Positions 18,446-26,626 of a DNA stretch of 64,000 nucleotides are shown here, piece after piece (the stretch's first letter is position 1; the number at the start of each line of letters is the position of its first letter). This DNA comes from an uncultured Bacilli bacterium (lineage in GTDB: Bacteria > Bacillota_I > Bacilli_A > RF39 > UBA660). Both the position numbers and the translations under genes were made by a program. The notes beneath the pieces are model-generated. The model worked only from the letters and a program-made list of their open reading frames with translations, was not told the DNA's origin and did no database searches. The stretch spans positions 3,139 to 67,138 of the forward strand of contig CAJTKB010000005.1 in assembly GCA_910576925.1 (NCBI GenBank), read 5' to 3'.

Positions 18446-19252
18446 TTACTTTATACCACAAACTTGATCACCACTAGTGCCAAATACTAAATTAAGTATT
18501 AAATTAGCAAATAATGGTAAGAAAAATAATCCAATAGCACACAAAAGTCTAATTCCAAACTTTTTCTGCACTTTTTTCATATTTTCATCATCATTAGAAA
18601 GAATTGATTTAGTAAAATCAATTGAACCTAAAAGTATCACTAAAATAGGACCTAATATTTTAATATAATTAAATAATTTTTGTAAAAATTCAACTACACT
18701 ATTTCCAAGAACTTGATCACAAGAAACAACTGGATCTCTTGAAATATCTAATCCACCAGATAAATTCCCAGAATTATTATTGTTAGAATCATTTCCATTA
18801 ACAGTTACATAAGCACTATTATTAATACTATTAAGCTCAACTACTTCATGTCCACTTTTTCCAGGAGTTAAAGATTCAGCCTTATCAGTCATATCAGCTT
18901 TATTATAAAAGGCATATACTCTAAAAGTATTAGGTATAAAACCCCAATTTACATTATAAAAAACTAGAGCATAATTTGGGCATACTTCACTAGTCTTCTG
19001 CCCTTTAGCTCGACTTTTATCAAAATTTAATACTTTTTCTCCATTAGTTACAGCCTTACCTTTATAGTAAGTAATAGTTCCTCGAGCTATAGAATAATTA
19101 TCATAAATATCAAACTCATATTTAGTACCACCATCACTACTTGCATATGAACAAGTAGCTAACTTATTTTTTGCATAGGTACTAATTGGAAAAAATAATA
19201 TAAATAAAGCAATAAATATATATATAATTTTTCTACAAATAAATTTATTCAT
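18446..19252 (-). CDS. Secreted protein with a C-terminal VirB2/TrbC-like TM hairpin
   Basis: Signal peptide (ILFFPISTYA), a 170-aa extracellular domain, then LVILLGSIDFTKSILSNDDENMKKVQKKFGIRLLCAIGLFFLPLFANLILNLVF, paralogous to the C-terminus of the next gene. Confidence 0.5.
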   Translation of the reverse strand: MNKFICRKIIYIFIALFILFFPISTYAKNKLATCSYASSDGGTKYEFDIYDNYSIARGTITYYKGKAVTNGEKVLNFDKSRAKGQKTSEVCPNYALVFYNVNWGFIPNTFRVYAFYNKADMTDKAESLTPGKSGHEVVELNSINNSAYVTVNGNDSNNNNSGNLSGGLDISRDPVVSCDQVLGNSVVEFLQKLFNYIKILGPILVILLGSIDFTKSILSNDDENMKKVQKKFGIRLLCAIGLFFLPLFANLILNLVFGTSGDQVCGIK

Positions 19253-19344
19253 CAGTACTCACCCCAATTTAGGCAATATCAAATTTATTATATCAGACAA
19301 AAATAAAAATAGCAATTACAATTACTATTTTCTATATATTATTT

Positions 19345-19725
19345 CTATTCATCAGCTCTGCCCCAACAAGTAGCCCAACTTTCAGCATTTCCTACATCAT
19401 CACTATCACTATAATTAGCAACTATATTAAATACTAAAGAAACAATTGTTGTCATAAAGAAAATAACAACAGCATATAAAATTCTCTTTATTAATCTACT
19501 TTGAGCAGCTTTTACTTCCTTATCTTCACTTGATAAAACAGCCTTACCTAAATCAATAGTACCTAATAAAAGCAAAATTATTGGAATACCCATTTGAATC
19601 AATGGAAAAACTCCAAGTTTAATAACTCTAATAATAGGTAAAATATCCTTACACATATCAGCTTTTGCTGCTATTAGCATTAAACCATTCATTAATATCT
19701 CTCCTTCACTAATATTATGATACAA
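19345..19725 (-). CDS. Small membrane protein with VirB2/TrbC-pilin-like topology
   Basis: ILLLLGTIDLGKAVLSSEDKEVKAAQSRLIKRILYAVVIFFMTTIVSLVF: two hydrophobic helices separated by a charged loop, aligning with the C-terminus of the 18446..19252 product. Confidence 0.5.
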   Translation of the reverse strand: MYHNISEGEILMNGLMLIAAKADMCKDILPIIRVIKLGVFPLIQMGIPIILLLLGTIDLGKAVLSSEDKEVKAAQSRLIKRILYAVVIFFMTTIVSLVFNIVANYSDSDDVGNAESWATCWGRADE

Positions 19726-19755
19726 AATATAACACTTTTTGTCAATTATTATACG

Positions 19756-20730
19756 TTAAATTTTGAATAAACCAAATAATTTCTCAGTTTTTTGTTCTCC
19801 CTTAGTACCCAGTAATCCTAACTTTTGAACTAAATTTGCAATATAGTCACTCTTTCTTCTTTCATCTATTGGTGGTAATGTAAAAAATACTCTTGTATTT
19901 GATTCATATTCAAACTGCTCTACATCTTTACTAGAAAGAATACACTTGTTAAGGATTATTTTCTCCCCCTCTAATGACTTAAATAATTTATTATTAATTC
20001 TCATAAGTTTATTAAGCATAATAGTACTAGGTTCTAATAAATAAAGTACATCTGTACAATTTGAGTAATCTTTTAAATCATTAAGATCAACTAAAATAAT
20101 CTTAGCTTCTAACTTTTCTATTGTCGACTTTAAACTATCTTTATTAGTAGTAATACATCTTTCAACATTAAAATATTCTAAATCATGCCTACTTATTTCA
20201 ATAGCATATACTAAATCCCCATATGTTTTCTCTAATTCCTTCTTTAGCATATATACAAGTGTTGTTGCACCAGCATGACTTGATAAGTTTTTAATACCAA
20301 CTACCACTTTACCAGAATTAGCATCAGCACAAACAGGCGTAGGAACTGGTTCCATTTCCTTGACATATGCCACATCAGCCTCTGAATTATCATGAGTAAG
20401 TAAATACTGAACTCCTTTAATATTATTAGTAAAATTATAAATTCTAAAACTAACTAATTTAGATAAATAAGTAGAACTAGATACTTCTGGTATATTAGGC
20501 AAAAAAAAGATTATTTTACTTGCAACTAATCCCATAGATAATTTCTGAATATTAGAAATATTTAAATAATCTTTTACTGCTGTAATATCAAGTATCATCT
20601 TATTAAAATAGAAATTCTTAAAAGTATTAACAATTTCATCAGCCGAAAAAACACCATTCATACTTTTAATTACATCAATATCTAAATTAGAAAGTTCATT
20701 TTGTCTTTCATTTGTAACAATTACATTCAT
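19756..20730 (-). CDS. TadZ/CpaE-like protein (deviant ParA/MinD ATPase fold)
   Basis: GKVVVGIKNLSSHAGATTLVYML (degenerate Walker A of the KGGxGKTT type) in the C-terminal half. Context is next to CpaF/TadB/TadC. Confidence 0.4.
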   Translation of the reverse strand: MNVIVTNERQNELSNLDIDVIKSMNGVFSADEIVNTFKNFYFNKMILDITAVKDYLNISNIQKLSMGLVASKIIFFLPNIPEVSSSTYLSKLVSFRIYNFTNNIKGVQYLLTHDNSEADVAYVKEMEPVPTPVCADANSGKVVVGIKNLSSHAGATTLVYMLKKELEKTYGDLVYAIEISRHDLEYFNVERCITTNKDSLKSTIEKLEAKIILVDLNDLKDYSNCTDVLYLLEPSTIMLNKLMRINNKLFKSLEGEKIILNKCILSSKDVEQFEYESNTRVFFTLPPIDERRKSDYIANLVQKLGLLGTKGEQKTEKLFGLFKI

Positions 20731-20736
20731 AAACTA

Positions 20737-21219
20737 TCACCTTTTAAGAACTCTTATTTCTTTAGTAGAACCAGTTACTGAAAACTGATTAATATGTGGA
20801 AACAAAAGATTAAATATTGGAATATCTATACTAACAAATGTTTTCACATCTATATAAGTAGTTTTATACTCACTAACATTAGTACCATTAGAATCACCAC
20901 TCATAGTATTATCACTACTAGATTTATGTTCTTTATAACACCAACCAATATTGTTACTATCTCTATCATATCCACTATTACCACAAGTATTAGTATAATT
21001 ACTAGAAGCACTATAGCCAATAGATTTAGCATATTCTCTAATTTCTTCCTGTGCATCATCTGTAATTACATTATTATGCTTTTCAAGTACATTTATAGTT
21101 TTATTTTTCATCTTAAAAGCTTTATTATAGTTAGTATTAAAAGCAAGAAAACCACTTATAAGAATTATTACAAAAAATACAAAGCTTACAATCCAAATAC
21201 TACCTAAAGACTCTCGCAT
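20737..21219 (-). CDS. N-terminally anchored protein, paralog 1 (possibly TadE/pseudopilin-like, non-canonical)
   Basis: MRESLGSIWIVSFVFFVIILISGF..., shared GWCYK motif with the next ORF. No G/xxxxE prepilin motif. Confidence 0.4.
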   Translation of the reverse strand: MRESLGSIWIVSFVFFVIILISGFLAFNTNYNKAFKMKNKTINVLEKHNNVITDDAQEEIREYAKSIGYSASSNYTNTCGNSGYDRDSNNIGWCYKEHKSSSDNTMSGDSNGTNVSEYKTTYIDVKTFVSIDIPIFNLLFPHINQFSVTGSTKEIRVLKR

Positions 21220-21238
21220 CTAATACCTCCTTAAATTA

Positions 21239-21712
21239 TTAATCCATAATAGGAATTTGACTAGTAGTTCCAGACATCCAGAAAAATTTAAATCTACTTA
21301 ACATCTGTTTAATTACTGGAATATTTAAATTAACAAACACTACTATATCAACAGTAAACTTCTTAATTGGTAATTCACCTAATTCAGAACTTGATACTAC
21401 TGGTGCATTTTTCTTATAACACCATCCTATAGGTTCACCATTATATGTTGGACAAGTATAGCCTTCTGCTTCAGCTTTTCCTAAAGCATCTTGACCAGCT
21501 CTATATCCAACAGACCTAGAATATCTATAAGTTGCCTCTAGCATATCATTATAACTAGTATTTCCCTCATATTTTTCTAAATATGATAAAACGTTATTCT
21601 TAACTCTATATGCTTTTGTATAATTGATAGCTAGCGAAATAAATCCGCTAACTAACATTATAAAGAAAAAAAGCAAGGTTAAATTTAAATAAGTACCTTT
21701 GGCATCTCTCAT
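21239..21712 (-). CDS. N-terminally anchored protein, paralog 2 (possibly TadE/pseudopilin-like, non-canonical)
   Basis: MRDAKGTYLNLTLLFFFIMLVSGF..., GWCYKKN. Paralog of 20737..21219. Confidence 0.4.
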   Translation of the reverse strand: MRDAKGTYLNLTLLFFFIMLVSGFISLAINYTKAYRVKNNVLSYLEKYEGNTSYNDMLEATYRYSRSVGYRAGQDALGKAEAEGYTCPTYNGEPIGWCYKKNAPVVSSSELGELPIKKFTVDIVVFVNLNIPVIKQMLSRFKFFWMSGTTSQIPIMD

Positions 21713-21724
21713 AAAACCACCTCA

Positions 21725-21883
21725 CTATGGTTCAGTATAACTATTATTGCTAGTAACATCCCACTGATTATTAATACTGTCCTTAATTCTTGGCCAAAGA
21801 ATCACTGAAAAGAATACAGAAATAGCAGTAATAGCAATAATTGTAACTACTGTCATATTTAACTCTCCTGAAGCTTCTTTCAT
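21725..21883 (-). CDS. Unannotated 52-aa single-TM ORF, candidate Flp-like pilin
   Basis: Found by manual translation: GGAGAG RBS 7 nt upstream of the ATG at 21883, MKEASGELNMTVVTIIAITAISVFFSVILWPRIKDSINNQWDVTSNNSYTEP, stop TAG at 21727..21725. It sits between the TadC-like gene and the two anchored paralogs. Below the 60-aa cutoff of the ORF track. Confidence 0.45.
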   Translation of the reverse strand: MKEASGELNMTVVTIIAITAISVFFSVILWPRIKDSINNQWDVTSNNSYTEP

Positions 21884-21947
21884 GAATCATCTCTCCTTTC
21901 ATACCTTACATTTAAATAATATCATATATTTTTTTTTATTGCAATAA

Positions 21948-22739
21948 CTACATTGCAGAACCAAACATTCCCATCATAGCAATTAAAAGTATTAGCATAA
22001 CAAATACACCAGTACAAACAAGCATTACCATAGTTTGACTTTCCATTTTTTCAAGACGCTCTTTATATTTTGTTTCTCTGGCTTTTTGTTGAAGTGAAGA
22101 AACACTTCTTGAAAACATCATAAGACGTTCCTGTTTTCTCTCTTGAGAACCAATTCCTAAACGATATAAAAGTCTCATCATACGCATAGAGTCACGTACT
22201 GGATATGTATTTGCAAACTCCATATACGGATCAACTGAAGCATCTCCTGAATTAATTCTATCAACCATCTTTTTTAATCCTGGTTGAAATATTTCTGGAG
22301 CATCTTCTATTGATTTACCAATTGCAACAGGAACTGTATAATGTTGTACAAGTATTTCCAAACTCTTTAAATAGTATGGCAACATTATATCGATTTCATG
22401 CAAATGTCTTTTATAATAACTCTTTAAATTCATATAATTGGATTTAAAGACAAAATATGCAACAACAAAGCAAACAACAATATTTAACATACTAAAACTA
22501 TTTAAGAATAAAACCATCATAGCAGCACCACCAATAGCAGCAGTACTTATTCTCTTTTGAAATAAAACATCTGGATCAGCCTTAGTACCATACTTCATAT
22601 AAACTAAAAACTCATAATCATCTTCTCTTAAATTCTTTAAAAGTTTTTCATTATCCTTAGCAAATTTTTTAGTATTAATTGTATTATTATAAACAAGTAC
22701 ACCTAATATTAATGCACCAAATATAAATATCTCAAACAT
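21948..22739 (-). CDS. TadC-like inner-membrane platform protein (T2SS-F-like topology)
   Basis: 263 aa: N-terminal TM, a TM pair around residues 63-100, a cytoplasmic domain, and a C-terminal TM. Adjacent to the TadB-like gene and CpaF. Confidence 0.5.
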   Translation of the reverse strand: MFEIFIFGALILGVLVYNNTINTKKFAKDNEKLLKNLREDDYEFLVYMKYGTKADPDVLFQKRISTAAIGGAAMMVLFLNSFSMLNIVVCFVVAYFVFKSNYMNLKSYYKRHLHEIDIMLPYYLKSLEILVQHYTVPVAIGKSIEDAPEIFQPGLKKMVDRINSGDASVDPYMEFANTYPVRDSMRMMRLLYRLGIGSQERKQERLMMFSRSVSSLQQKARETKYKERLEKMESQTMVMLVCTGVFVMLILLIAMMGMFGSAM

Positions 22740-23641
22740 TATTCAGCACCTACATTCTCATTATAATATTTTTCACCCTTTAACAAGAAACCTGAATTAA
22801 CAAGTATAATTGCATGTAAGAATAATTGTATATACCATTTTTCTAAAAGAATAATATAACTTTCTTTTCCAAGTAAGTATTGAACAAGAAGTGTAAGAAT
22901 ATAAAGCATAACTCCAAATTGCAAAAACTTTCTATGAAATGTTTGTCTATCAATTCTATCTCTATACACTCCTTCAACAAGAGTATCTATATCAAGTTGC
23001 ATTTGTTCCAAACTATCTGCTGTATTTCTTGCACCTTCTTTAGTAATTTGCAAGAATAATTGATGCATATTTTTCACAATATAGTATGGATATAATTGAT
23101 TAAAATATGCAAGAGACTCATCAATACTACCATTTTTATAAGCAAGTTCTATCATTCTATCAACATCTCCTGCTACAGGATCTTCCAAAAGTCCAGATTC
23201 CCTAACTCCTTCAAGTGATTTAACAAATGATTGAGTTGTAGCAAATTCCATAATAGTATTACTAGTATATACTTGTACTTGTTCGAAAATAAACTCACTA
23301 TACACTCTATTACATCTTAAAAACGAAATATAAGGAACTATCATTACTCCAAAAATTACATATAAAATAGCTATAATTAAATTATAAAAATATAAATATG
23401 CAATAAGTCCTAAAAATCCACCAATCAAAACAGCTTGTATAACATATTGTCTAGCAGTATATTCTTGACCTAATTGTTTAGTTTTTTCACGAACTTTTTT
23501 ATATGAATAAGGAGCAAATTTATCATACAAAACAGTTACCTGATCATTTATAAAGTGCACAGCATTTTTACCATTATAGCCACGATATAAGATAACTAAA
23601 ATAGCAATTACTAATACTATAAATAATTCCATAAACTTCAC
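22739..23641 (-). CDS. TadB-like inner-membrane platform protein (T2SS-F-like topology)
   Basis: 300 aa with the same 1 + 2 + C-terminal TM arrangement around a cytoplasmic domain. Its start overlaps the TadC-like stop. Confidence 0.5.
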   Translation of the reverse strand: MKFMELFIVLVIAILVILYRGYNGKNAVHFINDQVTVLYDKFAPYSYKKVREKTKQLGQEYTARQYVIQAVLIGGFLGLIAYLYFYNLIIAILYVIFGVMIVPYISFLRCNRVYSEFIFEQVQVYTSNTIMEFATTQSFVKSLEGVRESGLLEDPVAGDVDRMIELAYKNGSIDESLAYFNQLYPYYIVKNMHQLFLQITKEGARNTADSLEQMQLDIDTLVEGVYRDRIDRQTFHRKFLQFGVMLYILTLLVQYLLGKESYIILLEKWYIQLFLHAIILVNSGFLLKGEKYYNENVGAE

Positions 23642-23649
23642 TCCTTTAT

Positions 23650-25245
23650 TTATTGATTTTCACTAGGTAAAACAGGATTTATCATAGATGAATTAACAGA
23701 ATTAAATGGAACCTGTTCATTATTATTAATGATAGAATCTTCTACTAAATTAGTGCCTAAATTATTTAATATTTGATTATTTTCACTAATATTATTCATA
23801 TTTACTTCAGGAATACCTACATTCATATTAGATATTGCAATATCACTATTATTATCCTGAATGGAAATACCATTATTAGTAACTGGATTAACACTAGTAG
23901 CTTCATATTCTATATTATTTGGACTATTTGGTATCACTTCTTGTACAACATTTTGAACAGCTTCTTCTACTACAGGAGATGAATTATCTATAATATTACT
24001 GCTCGGAGCATATGCTGCATAATATTTATTATCATTATTAATTTCTACACTATTATTTTGAGTAACATCAACTTGCCCACTTTTAGTCTCTATATTATTT
24101 ACATAAACTTGATCATTAAAATTATTGTTATCTAAATTTACTGATTGTAAATCTCCACTTCCCTCATCAGAATCATTTAATGGATCATCCTCCAAATGAT
24201 TTACTATTTGTGAAACATCAACATTCTGATTTTCAAGATATTCAAGTAAATGTTTAGAAGGTTTACTCATAATAGGTGATTTGCCAAATATTTTTCTATA
24301 AATTGTATGAGATTGAGGCTTATTATTCTCATCAACATAAAATTCAACTACTTCATCTAACTCACGATGAAATTTACCATACTGTTTAGAATAATAAGCT
24401 TTAATATGAACACCTAATTGTACATAACGATATATTGTAGTTAAAAACTGATCAACATCTAAATCCGTTTCCATCAAACTATAAAGACGATAAGGAATAG
24501 CACTAGCTTTATCAGCATGAATTGTTGACAAAATATTGTGTCCTGAAGATATTGAGTTACGAACAGCTGAAACGGCTTCAGCACTACGAACCTCTGAAAG
24601 TAGAATCCATTTAGGATTCTGTCTCATACAAGTAACTAAAACATCAGTATAAGAAGCTACATTATTTGTCTTCATTGCAACAATATCTCTTTGTGGAAAG
24701 ATCCTATCTAAATGAAGCTCTAAGGTATCTTCTATAGTAATAATTTTTTCACTCTCTTTAGTATGACTAGCCAAATATTTAACAAACTCAGTTTTACCAG
24801 AACCTGTTTCTCCAGCAACAAGTATATTACAATGGCCCTGAACACATTTAATTAAGAAATCATGTATATCAGCAGTAAAATAGTCATCCTTCAAAAGTTT
24901 TTCTTTCTCTAATCTAATTTTAGCAGGAGTTTTACGTATAACACAAGCTATACCATTAGTAGCAATAGACTCATCTACGAAATTAAGACGTAACTCTGAG
25001 CTTTCAGCATCAAGAAATGGTTTAGCATTATTAAAAGTTGTACCCATAACGTTAGAACATTGGAAAGCAAGCTTTTCCATAAATTCTGGTGTACAACTTG
25101 GAATTTCTACTCGTAAAGACCCCTGAGTTAGAGAACGAATCCATATTTGACCAGCATTACAATATGAGATATCTGTTATATCATCATTATCAAGTAACGG
25201 TTTTAAAGGACCAAAGTCCAATTTATCAAAAATACTCTCTTGCAT
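23650..25245 (-). CDS. CpaF/TadA/VirB11-family secretion ATPase with a long Asn/Gln-rich C-terminal extension
   Basis: Walker A VAGETGSGKTEF, Walker B region WILLSEVRSAEA, His box GHNILSTIHADKASA. The last roughly 190 aa are N/Q/S-rich low complexity. Confidence 0.75.
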   Translation of the reverse strand: MQESIFDKLDFGPLKPLLDNDDITDISYCNAGQIWIRSLTQGSLRVEIPSCTPEFMEKLAFQCSNVMGTTFNNAKPFLDAESSELRLNFVDESIATNGIACVIRKTPAKIRLEKEKLLKDDYFTADIHDFLIKCVQGHCNILVAGETGSGKTEFVKYLASHTKESEKIITIEDTLELHLDRIFPQRDIVAMKTNNVASYTDVLVTCMRQNPKWILLSEVRSAEAVSAVRNSISSGHNILSTIHADKASAIPYRLYSLMETDLDVDQFLTTIYRYVQLGVHIKAYYSKQYGKFHRELDEVVEFYVDENNKPQSHTIYRKIFGKSPIMSKPSKHLLEYLENQNVDVSQIVNHLEDDPLNDSDEGSGDLQSVNLDNNNFNDQVYVNNIETKSGQVDVTQNNSVEINNDNKYYAAYAPSSNIIDNSSPVVEEAVQNVVQEVIPNSPNNIEYEATSVNPVTNNGISIQDNNSDIAISNMNVGIPEVNMNNISENNQILNNLGTNLVEDSIINNNEQVPFNSVNSSMINPVLPSENQ

Positions 25246-25288
25246 CTAACTCACATCCACTCTTTTATTCTTTTTTATTCTTTATTTA

Positions 25289-26104
25289 TTATTCCATACC
25301 ATCTGTCCATACAGTAACACTATTAATGAAATCTTTTATATCATTACTTGAAAGTTTTAAATCACCTGGGTTTGTTTTTAAACTTTCAGCTGTTGGAACA
25401 GGACTAAGTTCAGTACTATAATTCTTTAAGTATCCTGCTTTCTTTAATAATATATAATGTTCTTCAGGAACAGCAAATATAAGCATTGCTGGAACAGAAT
25501 TCTCTTCAACATTAGAGAAAACATTTTTACCATTAGCATCTCTTACCGCAAGAACTTTTACATTCTCAAGTAATCTACCAACCATTACTTTACCATTATT
25601 AGGATCATTTTCATCAGTAGATGAAGCATAAGTAGCTTTAAAATAAAGATCAATATAATTACCTGGATAAATTGAATTACTGTAAGTAGTTGTTATATTA
25701 ACTGTCATATAATATAGAACATATCCTTTTGGATAATCAAGTATTATACTATCTGGTAACTGATCCTTTTCAACAACTACACTTTGATAAAATAAACTTC
25801 CTTGAGGTATAACAGTATCTGCCCTAGCATATTTATCAATAACTTGTTGTTTAGATCTAACAACTTCACTCTTTAACATTGCTGGAGGAACCTGTGTTTC
25901 TCCTACCATATCCTCAGTAATTTGAGTACTAGGATTAATTTCTTGTAAAGCATAAGGTACAGTTATAGGATGTGTTGCCTGTTGCACACGCCAATTATAA
26001 AATATATACAACACAACAATTGCCGCAATTACTCCGACAATTGTTACTGTATTTTTATTCGCTAAAAACTTTTTCAAGCCAACCGTAATATTATTCATTT
26101 TCAT
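25289..26104 (-). CDS. CpaB/RcpC-like pilus assembly protein
   Basis: N-terminal TM, then a SAF-like region and VLAVRDANGK...AMLIFAVPEEHYILLKKAGYL, typical of the CpaB C-terminal domain. Confidence 0.45.
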   Translation of the reverse strand: MKMNNITVGLKKFLANKNTVTIVGVIAAIVVLYIFYNWRVQQATHPITVPYALQEINPSTQITEDMVGETQVPPAMLKSEVVRSKQQVIDKYARADTVIPQGSLFYQSVVVEKDQLPDSIILDYPKGYVLYYMTVNITTTYSNSIYPGNYIDLYFKATYASSTDENDPNNGKVMVGRLLENVKVLAVRDANGKNVFSNVEENSVPAMLIFAVPEEHYILLKKAGYLKNYSTELSPVPTAESLKTNPGDLKLSSNDIKDFINSVTVWTDGME

Positions 26105-26117
26105 TCTCCTTCATTAA

Positions 26118-26606
26118 CTAGTTAATATTATTAACACTTGTTATCTTCAAATCTTTAATATATTCTTTATTTTGGTTTGTAATAGCAATATTAGTTTTAT
26201 TCTTACTTTCTAATATCATATCAACATTAGTAGTAATATCAAAAGATTCGCCTTCCTTAAATTTTTTTATAAGTTGAGTTTCCTTCTTAGATTCAATCTT
26301 AACACTCACTTTAGGAGGAGTCTCATTAATATCATATACCTTAATATTATAATCTCTTGAGCCATCTACAGAAACAGCAAATCTTTTTATAAAACTCTCC
26401 ATAAATTTTTCTTTATCCATTCTAATAGCACCAAACTGGCGATAGTATGCAAGATCTGTTGCATCATTCATTGCAGCTTCAGTTGTTTCTTTCAAAAGAT
26501 AATAATCAAGTTCTGCACCAGTCTGTTGACTATTGATAAGACTTATACTGTAAAATCCAAGAACAGCTATCAAAATAATTCCGATAGATAACATCGCTTT
26601 ATTCAT
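26118..26606 (-). CDS. N-terminally anchored hypothetical protein
   Basis: 162 aa with a single N-terminal TM. Function unknown. Confidence 0.5.
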   Translation of the reverse strand: MNKAMLSIGIILIAVLGFYSISLINSQQTGAELDYYLLKETTEAAMNDATDLAYYRQFGAIRMDKEKFMESFIKRFAVSVDGSRDYNIKVYDINETPPKVSVKIESKKETQLIKKFKEGESFDITTNVDMILESKNKTNIAITNQNKEYIKDLKITSVNNIN

Positions 26607-26626
26607 ATAGTATCACACCTCCTAAA

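Noticed and set aside
17374-18668. Plus-strand ORFs of 107, 64 and 63 aa
   Set aside because: Antisense to the VirB6-like and VirB2-like genes. Ile-rich low complexity.
20794-21207. 137-aa plus-strand ORF
   Set aside because: Fully antisense to the 160-aa anchored paralog. Ile/Thr/Ser low complexity with no independent support.
23773-23982. 69-aa plus-strand ORF
   Set aside because: Antisense within the Asn-rich tail-coding region of the CpaF-family gene.
25089-25421. 110-aa plus-strand ORF
   Set aside because: Overlaps the CpaF start and CpaB-like stop on the opposite strand. No RBS.
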